Below, piece after piece: positions 1 to 9,281 of a stretch of 64,000 bases of DNA (position 1 is its first letter; every line of letters starts with the position of its first letter). The DNA is taken from IMG/VR virus record IMGVR_UViG_3300028591_000082; one strand, given 5' to 3'. The DNA comes from a virus. Taxonomy: Duplodnaviria > Caudoviricetes. The position numbers were made by a program, and so were the translations under genes. The notes under the pieces are model-generated. The model saw only the letters and a list, made by a program, of their open reading frames with translations, was not told the DNA's origin and searched no databases.

Positions 1-17
1 TTGTTCCCACTCTCCCA

Positions 18-401
18 TTACTGCTCCCCTTTTATATCCTTAAGTGCCTCGTACTTTGCTTTAAGCACCATCATTTGCTGTATTTGATTCTCAAGTCTTG
101 CATTTCTTTTACGCTGTAGACTTAGTTCTCTTCTGAGATGCGGAAGTTCGTTATTCAGCAAAATGTTTTGCATTTTAATTGTCTCATTCTTTTTAGCAAG
201 ATGGTTCTGAAGTTCCGCAATTTGCTTCTTGTATTTTATTTCAGAAGCTCTATCTATCTTTTTATTTTCAAGTTCTTTCTGTAATTTTTCTATCTTGGCT
301 TTGAACTCTTTTCTTTCTGCTGCTCTATCAAGCTCACAAATAAGAGCCATAACAATAATCCCGCCACAAGCGATAGCCAAGCAAGTCCATACACTAATCA
401 T
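18..401 (-). CDS. hypothetical membrane-anchored coiled-coil protein
   Basis: N-terminal hydrophobic segment then heptad-rich region; GGGGGA RBS; box promoter at 433-467. Confidence 0.7.
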   Translation of the reverse strand: MISVWTCLAIACGGIIVMALICELDRAAERKEFKAKIEKLQKELENKKIDRASEIKYKKQIAELQNHLAKKNETIKMQNILLNNELPHLRRELSLQRKRNARLENQIQQMMVLKAKYEALKDIKGEQ

Positions 402-480
402 ATAATCCCCCCTAAATTCTTTTTCTAGATATATTATACACCAAAAAAATTATATTGGCAGGGTGCAAAAATTCTTAATA

Positions 481-516
481 AAAAACAAAATTAGCCCGTC
501 AGAAGATGACGGGCTT
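481..516 (-). terminator. intrinsic terminator
   Basis: AGCCCGTCA/TGACGGGCT stem followed by T-rich tract on the minus strand. Confidence 0.75.
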
Positions 517-1010
517 TAGAATCCATCTTTTTCGAAACAACAAGCAAAACCGCAGTAGAGCAAGTCATTTCTGAAAGACTTCATATAGGCTAACCATACC
601 TACTCGGAGCTAAATACCATAGCTATGTCTACACCTAGAGCAGTAGCCATCACTCGTTACACTCACCCGTTAGCGAATAGTTCCAACATCACTTCTAAGG
701 CTGTTGGCGCCACCATCTTTTGACTTATGATGGTTGTAATCTAATTAGACAGATTACTCAAAAAGTATTTCGTCAGTAAACCCGCGAAGTAGACCAACTC
801 ATACCCTCTTTCCTCTATGCCATAATTAGCACGTTTCATATTGGGGCATCAGAAATTAGCCGCTTGTTGACGCAGATCAACCATTCCCGAAGGATATAGT
901 CTGCTACTGGTCGTCATTACCATTATTCCATAATTCCATGTAAGTTCAATTATGAAAAACAATAATGATATAGTCCTTTTGTTAATAGTTCTTACATAAC
1001 TATCTCCAAA
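517..1010 (-). ncRNA. candidate large structured ncRNA (copy A)
   Basis: ORF-free and GC-richer than flanks; long-range complementarity (CAGTAGC/GCTACTG, GTCTAC/GTAGAC); motif series shared with 10320-11215. Confidence 0.5.
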
Positions 1011-1044
1011 AAAATGGAAAAGCTTCCATCAAAGAAAATAACGA

Positions 1045-1860
1045 TTACTCGTAATCTTCTTTATTTATAATAACCACAGGTTTGCCATACTGGAAAGTAC
1101 CAGGTAAAGCACACATACAGTTATCATTTTTTTCAATTTCTTTAATTTTGTAACTTTCAAGAGCTTTCTTCAGATCATTTGTGTAAGTTGACGGATTGAA
1201 ATTCAACTTATCTTTATTTACAATGATGTGAACACCACCAGAAGTTTTTACCATAAAGAAACTCTTTTCACCAAAATACTTAATTGTTATTTCGTGAATA
1301 AGTTTCTTGGCTTTGTCGTCAAAGTTTTCCATATCTACATCAAAATCAATCCAAATCTTTTTGCTAGGATTTTGAGCATGGCAACTTTTGATGTGATTTG
1401 CGATAGTACCCATCTTCCAAATAGAATCCGTAACACCATCTTTTGAATGGTTTATTGCAGCACCAATCATATCTGCGTTAATTGCGGAAATCCTTTGAAG
1501 TGTGTCTTGAACACATTTTGCTTCACTACAAGGATTAAGGTACAAATAAAGTACAATCGAATGGTCTGGGTAAGGCATATCTGATTTTGTCATGTAAGCC
1601 AATTTGTTTGTTTCAAACTTAGCAATAAATGCTAAAAAGTTTTCCCAATGATATGGCTGATCGTGATGTGGTTTAGAAATTTCTGTATGGAACATTTCTG
1701 CTTTACTTATTTTAAGTACAGCTTTTTCATCCTCAGAAAGTTTCTTATTGCGGCAAGAAAGACAAGCCATTAAAGACTCACCAATCTGCGGCTTATATAG
1801 TACATGGTCATAAAACCATTTAAGTTCATTTATGTCTGCTATTACTTTGTAAAATTCCAT
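1045..1860 (-). CDS. putative AEP-superfamily (primase/polymerase-like) protein
   Basis: hhDFDVD and KTSGGVH motifs resemble AEP motifs I and II. Confidence 0.5.
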   Translation of the reverse strand: MEFYKVIADINELKWFYDHVLYKPQIGESLMACLSCRNKKLSEDEKAVLKISKAEMFHTEISKPHHDQPYHWENFLAFIAKFETNKLAYMTKSDMPYPDHSIVLYLYLNPCSEAKCVQDTLQRISAINADMIGAAINHSKDGVTDSIWKMGTIANHIKSCHAQNPSKKIWIDFDVDMENFDDKAKKLIHEITIKYFGEKSFFMVKTSGGVHIIVNKDKLNFNPSTYTNDLKKALESYKIKEIEKNDNCMCALPGTFQYGKPVVIINKEDYE

Positions 1861-1862
1861 AG

Positions 1863-2195
1863 TTATAATTCCAATAAATTATCAATATAATCAAGAAGAA
1901 TATTAAAATCTGAAGTTCTTTGATTTCTCAAATCTTTTATTTCTTCTTTTGTTAAAGGTAAAAATTTTGTGATAAGCTCAATTGTCTTATCAAGATCTTC
2001 TGTAGGATTTGCTAGATCGTAAGTTGTAAAAGAATAATAGTAACTTTTAAAACCACTTACTTTAGCACATTTACTATTTTCATTTTTTAAGTTTTCTTCT
2101 TGTATTGTTTTTACAATTTCTTTTTTTCTTGAAAGAAGAGATTTCTTTTCTTCGTCTGTAAGCTTAAAATGAAATTGATCTATTACCTTTACCAT
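1863..2195 (-). CDS. hypothetical protein
   Basis: 110 aa ORF tightly packed in the operon. Confidence 0.65.
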   Translation of the reverse strand: MVKVIDQFHFKLTDEEKKSLLSRKKEIVKTIQEENLKNENSKCAKVSGFKSYYYSFTTYDLANPTEDLDKTIELITKFLPLTKEEIKDLRNQRTSDFNILLDYIDNLLEL

Positions 2196-2198
2196 TTT

Positions 2199-2456
2199 TT
2201 ACACCTCCTCTACTTCTAAGCAGTCTTCTTCAGCAAGCTTGTTAAATTCTTCTTCTGAGATTTCTTCAAGAATATAAGAGATGTGAAGTTCTTCTTCGTC
2301 GTCTTCTACTTCACAGTCGCCTTCTTGCATAGAGCGATCATCTGCATGCTCGCAGCAGAAGTCGTCTACTGCGTTATAGTCCTTATCAGACTTAATGAGA
2401 TATTCTTCGTCATATCCACAGTAATTTCCACTTTCTTCTACTTTATAAAAAGTCAT
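2199..2456 (-). CDS. small highly acidic protein (duplicate of 42675-42935)
   Basis: very D/E-rich; near-identical DNA copy at 42.7-42.9 kb; own box promoter. Confidence 0.8.
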   Translation of the reverse strand: MTFYKVEESGNYCGYDEEYLIKSDKDYNAVDDFCCEHADDRSMQEGDCEVEDDEEELHISYILEEISEEEFNKLAEEDCLEVEEV

Positions 2457-2546
2457 AGCAAATCCCCCTAATCTTCTTTATACATATATTATAACACGAA
2501 AAATTAAAAAGAGCAGGGTGCAAAAAAATTTGGATTTCAAAATAAA

Positions 2547-2915
2547 TTATATATCAATATGTCTGTTAATTTTTTTTGGGACTAAATAAGCATCCCACAT
2601 AAAACCAAGTCCTTGGTCTATTTCAACTATAACAGAATTTTTTCCTATTTTGTTTGGTAATTTTGTAATTTTCACTTCACAAGGTTCAACATTTGGGCTC
2701 CAAAAAAGAATTTTCCCATCTTTATCATAACAAGGTAATCTATTATCTTGGGTACTTTCTCTAAAAAGCGTTGGAAAATTTTCAAAATACCAATGTGCTG
2801 GATATATAAGATATACATCTCCAACTTTTACATTTGATCTTATTCCAAGATTTTTCCTTGTATATTTTATTCTATCATATGGTAAATTATATGGTACTTC
2901 GTATGTTAATGGCAT
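2547..2915 (-). CDS. hypothetical protein with C-terminal RHIDI tail
   Basis: 122 aa ORF ending in the family tail. Confidence 0.7.
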   Translation of the reverse strand: MPLTYEVPYNLPYDRIKYTRKNLGIRSNVKVGDVYLIYPAHWYFENFPTLFRESTQDNRLPCYDKDGKILFWSPNVEPCEVKITKLPNKIGKNSVIVEIDQGLGFMWDAYLVPKKINRHIDI

Positions 2916-3094
2916 TGTTATCTCTTTTTTGGTAAATATTCTTCTCTTCCAGTTGCAAGAAGTTTTCCGTACTGAATCATATTGAATTTTATTTTACGAA
3001 TGTTTTCGTATATGATCCTTTGTTGGCGGGCATTAAGCCCGCGTATTTGCTGATAAATTTCCATTTCAAGTTCTTCGGTTTTACTAGACATAAA

Positions 3095-4489
3095 TTATTC
3101 CTTTGCTAAGTTTGCTATGTTTGAAATAATCTCCTTTTTTGGAGTATTATTATCTATCTGCATTTTATATCCAGTTTCCAAAGCCTTTGCAAAATTCTTA
3201 TTTGGCTTTATTTCCAAAGCCATAAGATCAACACCAGTAACTATTGGTTTTGGCATTGGCTTACCTATAAGAGATGCAACCCAAGGCTCTTTTACAAACT
3301 CACAAAGATCTGGAAGTTCGTCAGGAACATCATGTATGCTACCTTTCGAATCTGCATTTGAAAGTTTAAGTAATCTATCAAACCATTTATGTGAAACAAG
3401 TTTCCAAACTTTGTATTTAGATTTTGTTTCTGAAATTCTATGAGCAAGCATATGGTTTTCAACAAGCCATCTTATCATTTCGCAATCTTCATTTTTCATT
3501 CCAAGATTTTTGCAGAAATCATATGCAATAGGAGCACCTATAACATCATGACCGTGTACACAAGGAACTCCATTCTTTAATCCATTTCTTCTTCCTGCTT
3601 CTGGCTTTCCAACATCATGAAGAATTGCTGCAAGAACATCAAGCCAATCGTGTTCTTGAGAAACCATATTTTCTAATACAAGCATTGTGTGGTTAAATAC
3701 ATTACCCTCTTTATGCCATTTAGCAGACTGTTCACAAGAGTACATATCATACATAAATTCACTAAGACCTATATGATATGAAATACCAAAAAGATCCATA
3801 AGTGAAATTATTTCACGATTGAGATTTTTACCACCAAATATTCCAACAAGTTCTTTAAGTTGTCGCTCTTTTGAAATTTCTCCAAAAAGATTTTCTGCTC
3901 CAACTTCACGAATCATAGAACTAAGGTATGTTGCTATTTTATCGTCACAAGGCTTAAAGCCTTTTTGTGATATAAAACGAACATATCTCCAAAGTCTAAG
4001 AGGATCTTCTTCTACTCTTTCCCAAGCATCTCCAACAAAACGAAGAAGATTTTTGTTAATATCTTTAACCCCAAGTTTTGTAGGATCTATTATTTCACCA
4101 TGCTTGTTTTCATAAAGAGCGTTTACAGTAAAATCACGACGCATTGCGTCTTCTTTTATATCTGTTGTAAATTCTATTTTTGGATGCCGTCCTTTTGTTA
4201 TATCACGACGCATTGTTGCAATTTCAAATTCTTCAGTTTTACCATTTATATCTATAAGTGGCATTGTAACACCGAATGGTTCTGAGTTATTTGATGTATT
4301 TGAAAATCTTTCGAATATTTTATGTAATTGAGCAGGTATAGCATCCGTACATATATCGTAATCGTGTGGCTCAACTTTCATAAGTTTGTCTCTTACGCAG
4401 CCACCAACAAAATAAGCATGGAAGCCATTTTTTTCTATTGGATTTATTACTTTTTCTATTATCTGATTTTTGTCCATATTTGCCTCCAT
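3095..4489 (-). CDS. cca: CCA-adding tRNA nucleotidyltransferase with HD domain
   Basis: VGGCVRD..DYD, EIATMR, DAMRRDFTVNAL, EDPLR motifs; H..HD..D HD domain (HTM..LHDVGK..NHM..D). Confidence 0.92.
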   Translation of the reverse strand: MEANMDKNQIIEKVINPIEKNGFHAYFVGGCVRDKLMKVEPHDYDICTDAIPAQLHKIFERFSNTSNNSEPFGVTMPLIDINGKTEEFEIATMRRDITKGRHPKIEFTTDIKEDAMRRDFTVNALYENKHGEIIDPTKLGVKDINKNLLRFVGDAWERVEEDPLRLWRYVRFISQKGFKPCDDKIATYLSSMIREVGAENLFGEISKERQLKELVGIFGGKNLNREIISLMDLFGISYHIGLSEFMYDMYSCEQSAKWHKEGNVFNHTMLVLENMVSQEHDWLDVLAAILHDVGKPEAGRRNGLKNGVPCVHGHDVIGAPIAYDFCKNLGMKNEDCEMIRWLVENHMLAHRISETKSKYKVWKLVSHKWFDRLLKLSNADSKGSIHDVPDELPDLCEFVKEPWVASLIGKPMPKPIVTGVDLMALEIKPNKNFAKALETGYKMQIDNNTPKKEIISNIANLAKE

Positions 4490-4550
4490 AATAATATTAT
4501 ATCACGAAAATATTATTGGAGCAGGGTGCAAAATTTTTGATTTGAGAATA

Positions 4551-4829
4551 TTAAAAATCTTCTAATGGTTCGCCATAAATAACATAGCTATCTTCGTCGT
4601 CATACCTGTCTTCTTTTATAAAAGAAGAACGAAGTTTCATTCCAAAATGATAATCTTCGTTCTTGTCTCCAACAAGTGATATAAGTTTATCTAAGATTTT
4701 TTCTGCTACATTATTTTTCTTTGAGTTTGTTTCAATGCGAAAACCGTCATTGAGGTTGCTATCCCAAACTTCGGCATTAACAACATTTTTTTGTTTTCGC
4801 ATTTCTTCAAGTATTCTTTCTACTTCCAT
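4551..4829 (-). CDS. hypothetical protein
   Basis: 92 aa ORF with AGGA RBS. Confidence 0.6.
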   Translation of the reverse strand: MEVERILEEMRKQKNVVNAEVWDSNLNDGFRIETNSKKNNVAEKILDKLISLVGDKNEDYHFGMKLRSSFIKEDRYDDEDSYVIYGEPLEDF

Positions 4830-4833
4830 AATC

Positions 4834-5364
4834 CTAATAATTAAAATATTTGTATTCGGTAATTACATTTACCTTCTCTTTCTGTAAACCTTCAAGAAAT
4901 ACAAGTACTGAATTTTTAGAATTCATATATCCATCATATACTTTTCTAAATCCATCATTAAGACCGTCAAGAATAACCTTACTTGTTTTATACATAACTC
5001 CTTTATCTAAAAGCAAAGTGCTTATAAGATTTTGAAGTTCTTTCTTTTGTTTAACAAAAGTATCAAATTGTATAATCCAATAATCGTCTTGTCTTGACTG
5101 CTGATGTCTTACTCTTATCCAACCTTTTGAAATAACATCTTTCATTATTTCATTTCTTGCCTGACCTTCGTTGCCTGGAGTTTCATTATATTTCTTGTAA
5201 ATTTCTTTTATTTTTTTTTCAGTATATCCGAAAATTTCAGGATTGTCAACCAAATCGTGAATATGTGTTTTCCCACCTTCTATTATTCCATTCACTTTTG
5301 ACTTATATTCTTTAAGACCTACTTCAATTAGTTTTTTGTTTTTGTACCAATATGCTTTTCCCAT
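4834..5364 (-). CDS. hypothetical protein
   Basis: 176 aa ORF with AAGGA RBS. Confidence 0.7.
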   Translation of the reverse strand: MGKAYWYKNKKLIEVGLKEYKSKVNGIIEGGKTHIHDLVDNPEIFGYTEKKIKEIYKKYNETPGNEGQARNEIMKDVISKGWIRVRHQQSRQDDYWIIQFDTFVKQKKELQNLISTLLLDKGVMYKTSKVILDGLNDGFRKVYDGYMNSKNSVLVFLEGLQKEKVNVITEYKYFNY

Positions 5365-5394
5365 AATTGTATCCTTAAAATTATCTTAAAGATT

Positions 5395-5469
5395 TGGGGG
5401 TGACAGGATTTGAACCTGCAAGTCTTCTGCTTCGTAGGCAGATGCATTATCCAATTTTGCTACACCCTC
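5395..5469 (-). tRNA. tRNA-Arg(ACG)
   Basis: cloverleaf; anticodon arm TCTGC-CTACGAA-GCAGA. Confidence 0.9.
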
Positions 5470-5474
5470 ATTTA

Positions 5475-5546
5475 TCGGTCTAACCAGAATTGAACTGATA
5501 TCCACTCCTTAGGAGGGAGTTATTCTATCCGTTGAACTATAAACCG
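5475..5546 (-). tRNA. tRNA-Arg(CCT)
   Basis: ACTCC-CTCCTAA-GGAGT. Confidence 0.9.
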
Positions 5547-5888
5547 TTATATATTTATAAGTCTTCTATAATCTTTAGAAAAACTTATCATTTCATTACT
5601 CCAAGAAAAACCATGTATTATTCCTTTTTGTCTAGGGTTAAGTCCTTCGTCAGAAAAATAAATCTGATATCCGTATTTTATCCAATTTTTATCATAACTA
5701 TATGATTCACTTTTTTCTACTTTTTCTATTTTTAATTTTTTATCGCACATTTCTTCCATTACTTCGTTAACTCCAAACATGGCAGAATGAGTTTCAAAAA
5801 AATTTTTTGATCTTATGTAAACATATTTACCAATAATATCATTTTCGTTTATTACTAGTAATTCATGATCGTCATATTTAACAAACAT
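5547..5888 (-). CDS. hypothetical protein with RLINI tail (start revised to MFVKY)
   Basis: upstream extension in the ORF track overlaps tRNA-Gln. Confidence 0.7.
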   Translation of the reverse strand: MFVKYDDHELLVINENDIIGKYVYIRSKNFFETHSAMFGVNEVMEEMCDKKLKIEKVEKSESYSYDKNWIKYGYQIYFSDEGLNPRQKGIIHGFSWSNEMISFSKDYRRLINI

Positions 5889-5890
5889 AT

Positions 5891-5979
5891 TTCTAGGGGC
5901 GGGATTCGAACCTGCACTAGCCAAAAGAGGCTAACCAGCTCCAAAGGCTGGGGTGGTACCAATTACACTTTACCCTAGA
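5891..5979 (-). tRNA. tRNA-Gln(TTG) with long variable arm
   Basis: CCAGC-CTTTGGA-GCTGG; U1-A72; extra stem TAGCC-TCTTTT-GGCTA. Confidence 0.8.
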
Positions 5980-6182
5980 GTAATTTATTTTTTTATGAAT
6001 TCTTTTGGCATCCATTTACCTTCGTAGAATTCACAATGTTTTTTATTATCAAATATCAAACCATTGTTTGACATATATTTATAAGAGATTTTTTTATTCT
6101 TGTTTTTTACGATAATTACTTTCATCTCTTATATTATATCACGAAAATCATACTTAAACAGGGTGCATAAATTTTAGGCTTT

Positions 6183-6473
6183 TTAATAACAAGTTACTTC
6201 TTCGCTATATTGTGTAGTACGTTCAACCCCGTCGGTATTTGTACATGTTATAACCGTTGGATTTGTAGGAAAATCTTTATCTTTGTAATATATTAGCTCT
6301 TGTGGATTAAGAGGCCATGATATTGGATGTGGAGGGAAAACAACGGGTTCTTCAACATTTAATTTTTCTAATTTTTTTATTAAAATAAGTTTTGTGTCAT
6401 TATCTAAATTAGATTCCATAATCTTTTTTTCGAGTTCATCCGTTTTCCCGTCTTTAATAATTTCCTGCATCAT
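6183..6473 (-). CDS. hypothetical protein
   Basis: AAGGAG RBS. Confidence 0.65.
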   Translation of the reverse strand: MMQEIIKDGKTDELEKKIMESNLDNDTKLILIKKLEKLNVEEPVVFPPHPISWPLNPQELIYYKDKDFPTNPTVITCTNTDGVERTTQYSEEVTCY

Positions 6474-6484
6474 ATAATATCTCC

Positions 6485-7069
6485 TTATTTAACTTCAAGA
6501 CCATATTCGTTATATTTATTCAAATTCATAAGTATTCTATTATCATTCATAAAATCTTTGTATGACTTTCTGAAAGTATCAAAAAACCCAGGTTCAAAAC
6601 AAATATTGTTTTCATACTCTCTAACAACAGTATTACAAATTCTTTCTATGTTATTTGGATTACAAGAAAAACCAGTTGGAGATTCTACACAAATACCTCC
6701 GTCATTTGTCATAAATACAAATCCACACCAGCCAAGTTCATCTATTTTAACAAAATCTTTTGTATATATTGGTTTTCCATTTATATCAACTACTCCAGTA
6801 TATGCAACTACAGAGTCAAATGGAGCAATTCTATCATTAATAAGCACTCCATTTTTTTTATATTTAATTTTATTTGCCAAACAAAATATTCCTATTCCAT
6901 CAAATATATATGATTTAAATCTTGGTTGATGTACTTCTTCTAATGGAACACCATATTTGCATTTTGACATAAAAGAAAAGCAAAGCTGTCCATAATCATC
7001 AACTAGAACATCATTGTATTTATTGCGTTCATACAATAAATGAAGTTTATTTTCGTAATTTAAAACCAT
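6485..7069 (-). CDS. YopX-like phage protein
   Basis: YTGVVDINGKPIYTKDFV resembles the YopX QyTGlkDknG.eIYegDIv motif. Confidence 0.55.
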   Translation of the reverse strand: MVLNYENKLHLLYERNKYNDVLVDDYGQLCFSFMSKCKYGVPLEEVHQPRFKSYIFDGIGIFCLANKIKYKKNGVLINDRIAPFDSVVAYTGVVDINGKPIYTKDFVKIDELGWCGFVFMTNDGGICVESPTGFSCNPNNIERICNTVVREYENNICFEPGFFDTFRKSYKDFMNDNRILMNLNKYNEYGLEVK

Positions 7070-7102
7070 AATTTATTATAATATTTTTAAATAATTTTGT
7101 AA

Positions 7103-7139
7103 ATAAAAAAAAGCCAAGACTATTAATAGTCTTGGCTAT
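7103..7139 (-). terminator. terminator closing tRNA block 1
   Basis: AGCCAAGACTA/TAGTCTTGGCT stem followed by a T run. Confidence 0.85.
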
Positions 7140-7141
7140 AG

Positions 7142-7212
7142 ACGCCCCTATGCGAATCGAACGCATCCTCTTGGTTTTGCAGACCAGTCACTACCCAGCA
7201 ATGTCAGGAGCG
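7142..7212 (-). tRNA. tRNA-Cys(GCA)
   Basis: loop CTGCAAA, U73; atypical D arm. Confidence 0.75.
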
Positions 7213-7325
7213 ATATTCCTACTCCGAAAAAGGCGCTGCACTCTTCGTCGGTTCGTTCTACTATAATTACAGGCAACTCTAGTGGTGCAGTGACCTGCTT
7301 CGTATATAGCGTCATTTTTCACTAG

Positions 7326-7398
7326 TGTGCCATAAGAGAGTTGAACTCTTTCTTGAAACTCCACAGGTTTCCGTGCAAAACCGTTACACTAATGGTAC
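7326..7398 (-). tRNA. tRNA-His(GTG)
   Basis: GAAAC-CTGTGGA-GTTTC. Confidence 0.85.
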
Positions 7399-7400
7399 AG

Positions 7401-7474
7401 TCGACAAGGTGGGATTCGAACCCACACAATTCACATTTTGAGTGTGACACGTATTCCAGTTCCATCACTTGCCG
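7401..7474 (-). tRNA. tRNA-Leu(CAA), short variable loop
   Basis: TCACA-CTCAAAA-TGTGA. Confidence 0.85.
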
Positions 7475-7481
7475 AAAAATA

Positions 7482-7553
7482 TTCCTCCGCTAGGATTCGA
7501 ACCCAGAACGATGCATTCAGAGTGCAATGTGTTACCAATTACACCACGGAGAA
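7482..7553 (-). tRNA. tRNA-Gln(CTG)
   Basis: TTGCA-CTCTGAA-TGCAT. Confidence 0.9.
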
Positions 7554-7554
7554 G

Positions 7555-7628
7555 TGAGCTCAAATGGAATTGAACCATCAACCCACGCCTTAAAAGGGCG
7601 TTGCTCTAACCAGTTGAGCTATGAGCCC
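7555..7628 (-). tRNA. tRNA-Lys(TTT)
   Basis: ACGCC-CTTTTAA-GGCGT. Confidence 0.92.
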
Positions 7629-7669
7629 ATATAGTAAGCGTTGCTTCGAAGACTCTACTTACTTTTTAG

Positions 7670-7743
7670 TCAGCCCGCTGGGATTTGAACCCAGAACCTT
7701 GTGCTTAAGAGGCACTCGCTCTACCAAGTTGCGCTACGAGCCG
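7670..7743 (-). tRNA. tRNA-Lys(CTT)
   Basis: GTGC-CTCTTAA-GCAC. Confidence 0.92.
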
Positions 7744-7750
7744 ATAATAG

Positions 7751-7825
7751 TGAACGACTGGGGAATTGAACCCCAAACCCCATGCTTAAAAGGCACGTGC
7801 TCTAACCAGGTTGCGCTAGTCGTCC
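7751..7825 (-). tRNA. tRNA-Lys(TTT)
   Basis: CGTGC-CTTTTAA-GCATG. Confidence 0.92.
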
Positions 7826-7888
7826 ATAGAATCAAATGTTTGTTCCATTTAACTGGGCACCTTCAATTCCAATGGACTGAGTTGAAGG

Positions 7889-8056
7889 TTATGCCCTCTG
7901 TTTCTCTTTCATTTGTTTACTAAATTCCTCTAAACGCTTTTTGCGTTTTTCTTCTCTAGATTCTTTACTGTTGCGAGCTTCAAGTGAAGACTTTATCATA
8001 GCCTCATATACTTTTTTAGCCATAGGGCCTTCTACTCTTGGTGCTCCACAATCCAT
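7889..8056 (-). CDS. small basic protein (start revised to MDCGAP)
   Basis: AAGGAG RBS; extension in the ORF track overlaps tRNA-Met. Confidence 0.55.
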   Translation of the reverse strand: MDCGAPRVEGPMAKKVYEAMIKSSLEARNSKESREEKRKKRLEEFSKQMKEKQRA

Positions 8057-8073
8057 AAAAATCTCCTTATTGC

Positions 8074-8145
8074 TGATGGGTAGAAGGATCGAACTTCTTT
8101 CAAACGGATATGAGCCGCTTATAATAACCATTATACTAACCCACC
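8074..8145 (-). tRNA. tRNA-Met(CAT), elongator (Ile2 not excluded)
   Basis: AGCGG-CTCATAT-CCGTT. Confidence 0.8.
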
Positions 8146-8152
8146 ATAATAG

Positions 8153-8225
8153 CCCAGACTCTAGGACTCGAACCTAGAACCATCTCGTCTTCAGCGAGCG
8201 GCGCTGCCAATTGCGCTAAGTCTGG
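8153..8225 (-). tRNA. tRNA-Phe(GAA)
   Basis: CTCG-CTGAAGA-CGAG. Confidence 0.85.
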
Positions 8226-8232
8226 ATATTAG

Positions 8233-8305
8233 TCCGCACTGAAAGAATCGAACTTTCGTTAATGGATTTTCAGTCCACCACCTTGACCACGTCGGTTAAA
8301 TGCGG
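8233..8305 (-). tRNA. tRNA-Phe(GAA)
   Basis: GTGGA-CTGAAAA-TCCAT. Confidence 0.85.
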
Positions 8306-8310
8306 ATAAT

Positions 8311-8382
8311 TACTGCGTATAGGAGTCGAACCTATCTAAGCCGTCTTGTAAGGGCGGAGTACAACCGATGTACCAACGCAGT
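8311..8382 (-). tRNA. tRNA-Val(TAC)
   Basis: CCGCC-CTTACAA-GACGG. Confidence 0.88.
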
Positions 8383-8389
8383 ATAAAAT

Positions 8390-8473
8390 AAAAAAGGCTT
8401 AGGAGTTAACCTAAGCCTATAATTCCACAATTAAACTATACGATTATGTCATATAGTTATGAACATAGGCTTA
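8390..8473 (-). terminator. attenuator 1: terminator plus mutually exclusive antiterminator
   Basis: terminator AGGCTTAGG-TTAACT-CCTAAGCCT-T5; TAAGCCTAT (8473-8465) can pair instead with ATAGGCTTA (8420-8412). Confidence 0.8.
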
Positions 8474-8541
8474 CTATGCTTAAACAACATACAATGTTTC
8501 TGTGAGAAAAATTTAAACTGTTTCACGAATTTCTTCAACAT
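8449..8541 (-). CDS. leader peptide 1, MLKKFVKQFKFFSQKHCMLFKHSKPMFITI
   Basis: AGGAG RBS; 30 codons; 21 of the first 22 are read by tRNAs of the downstream block. Confidence 0.8.
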   Translation of the reverse strand: MLKKFVKQFKFFSQKHCMLFKHSKPMFITI

Positions 8542-8570
8542 AGTAAACTCCTATAAAATTATCTTTATAT

Positions 8571-8644
8571 ATGCTCTGCAGGATTCGAACCTGCGTTGCC
8601 GCAAAAAATGCAGCTCAAGACTTTGACCTCTCGTCCAAGAGCAT
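8571..8644 (-). ncRNA. tRNA-like RNA without a canonical anticodon arm
   Basis: ATGCTCT/AGAGCAT acceptor; GCAGG-TTCGAAT-CCTGC T arm. Confidence 0.55.
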
Positions 8645-8665
8645 TACCTTTTTAATAAGGGGGAA

Positions 8666-8754
8666 CGGAGAGTACTGGATTCGAACCAGTGGAATCCCTT
8701 ACGAAACTCAACACCTTAGCAGGGTGCCGCTATCGACCACTCAGCCAACTCTCC
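8666..8754 (-). tRNA. tRNA-Ser(GCT)
   Basis: GCACC-CTGCTAA-GGTGT; long variable arm; G73. Confidence 0.92.
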
Positions 8755-9123
8755 AAAATTTTAATATATTTTTTTGGGTTACTGTAGCAGTCAGCCCAAT
8801 CTATTCTTAATTCCTTATAACCCTCTTCTAAAAGAAGAGAATCTTTTCTTTTGTCACAATCTTTTTGGTAATGCAATCTGCTGCATTACCATAAAATTCA
8901 AAAAAATTGATAAGGGTAAGCATTAACCTTATCTTCTCGACATATAGGTAATGAGTCACACTACCAAATATTATGCTTTAATAGTACGATACTATTTAGA
9001 CCCTAATGCTTTCAGGGAAGCACTAATAAACCCTTGCATTATTTATAGTAATACAAGAAACTAGAAACCATGTTTAATGCTCGGTTCCTTTCGTCAGCCA
9101 CCATCTCCCGATGGAATTTTTTA

Positions 9124-9196
9124 TTTCGGGGGTAGGATTCGAACCTACATAACGCGGGTTATGAGCCCGTGAACTAGCCATTAGTGATACCCCGAG
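9124..9196 (-). tRNA. initiator tRNA-fMet(CAT)
   Basis: GGG/CCC in the anticodon stem; C1xA72 mismatch. Confidence 0.88.
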
Positions 9197-9204
9197 TCGT
9201 AAAA

Positions 9205-9278
9205 AGTTGTAAATCGGATTTGAACCGACGACCTCGTCCTTGGCAAGGACACGCTCTAACCAACTGAGCTACTACAAC
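9205..9278 (-). tRNA. tRNA-Gly(GCC)
   Basis: TGTCC-TTGCCAA-GGACG; U73. Confidence 0.92.
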
Positions 9279-9281
9279 ATA

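Noticed and set aside
889-976. GATATAGTC words as group I intron P7
   Set aside because: They lie on the strand opposite to transcription, with no interrupted gene and no convincing R element.
5891-5979. Long-armed tRNA as tRNA-Sec
   Set aside because: The anticodon is TTG, not TCA, and the acceptor stem is 7 bp.
5988-6125. 45-aa ORF before tRNA-Gln/Arg as a third attenuator leader
   Set aside because: No terminator or antiterminator follows, and it contains no Gln or Arg codons.
8719-8727. GCACCCTG promoter box inside tRNA-Ser(GCT)
   Set aside because: It is part of the anticodon arm, with no -10 at the right distance.
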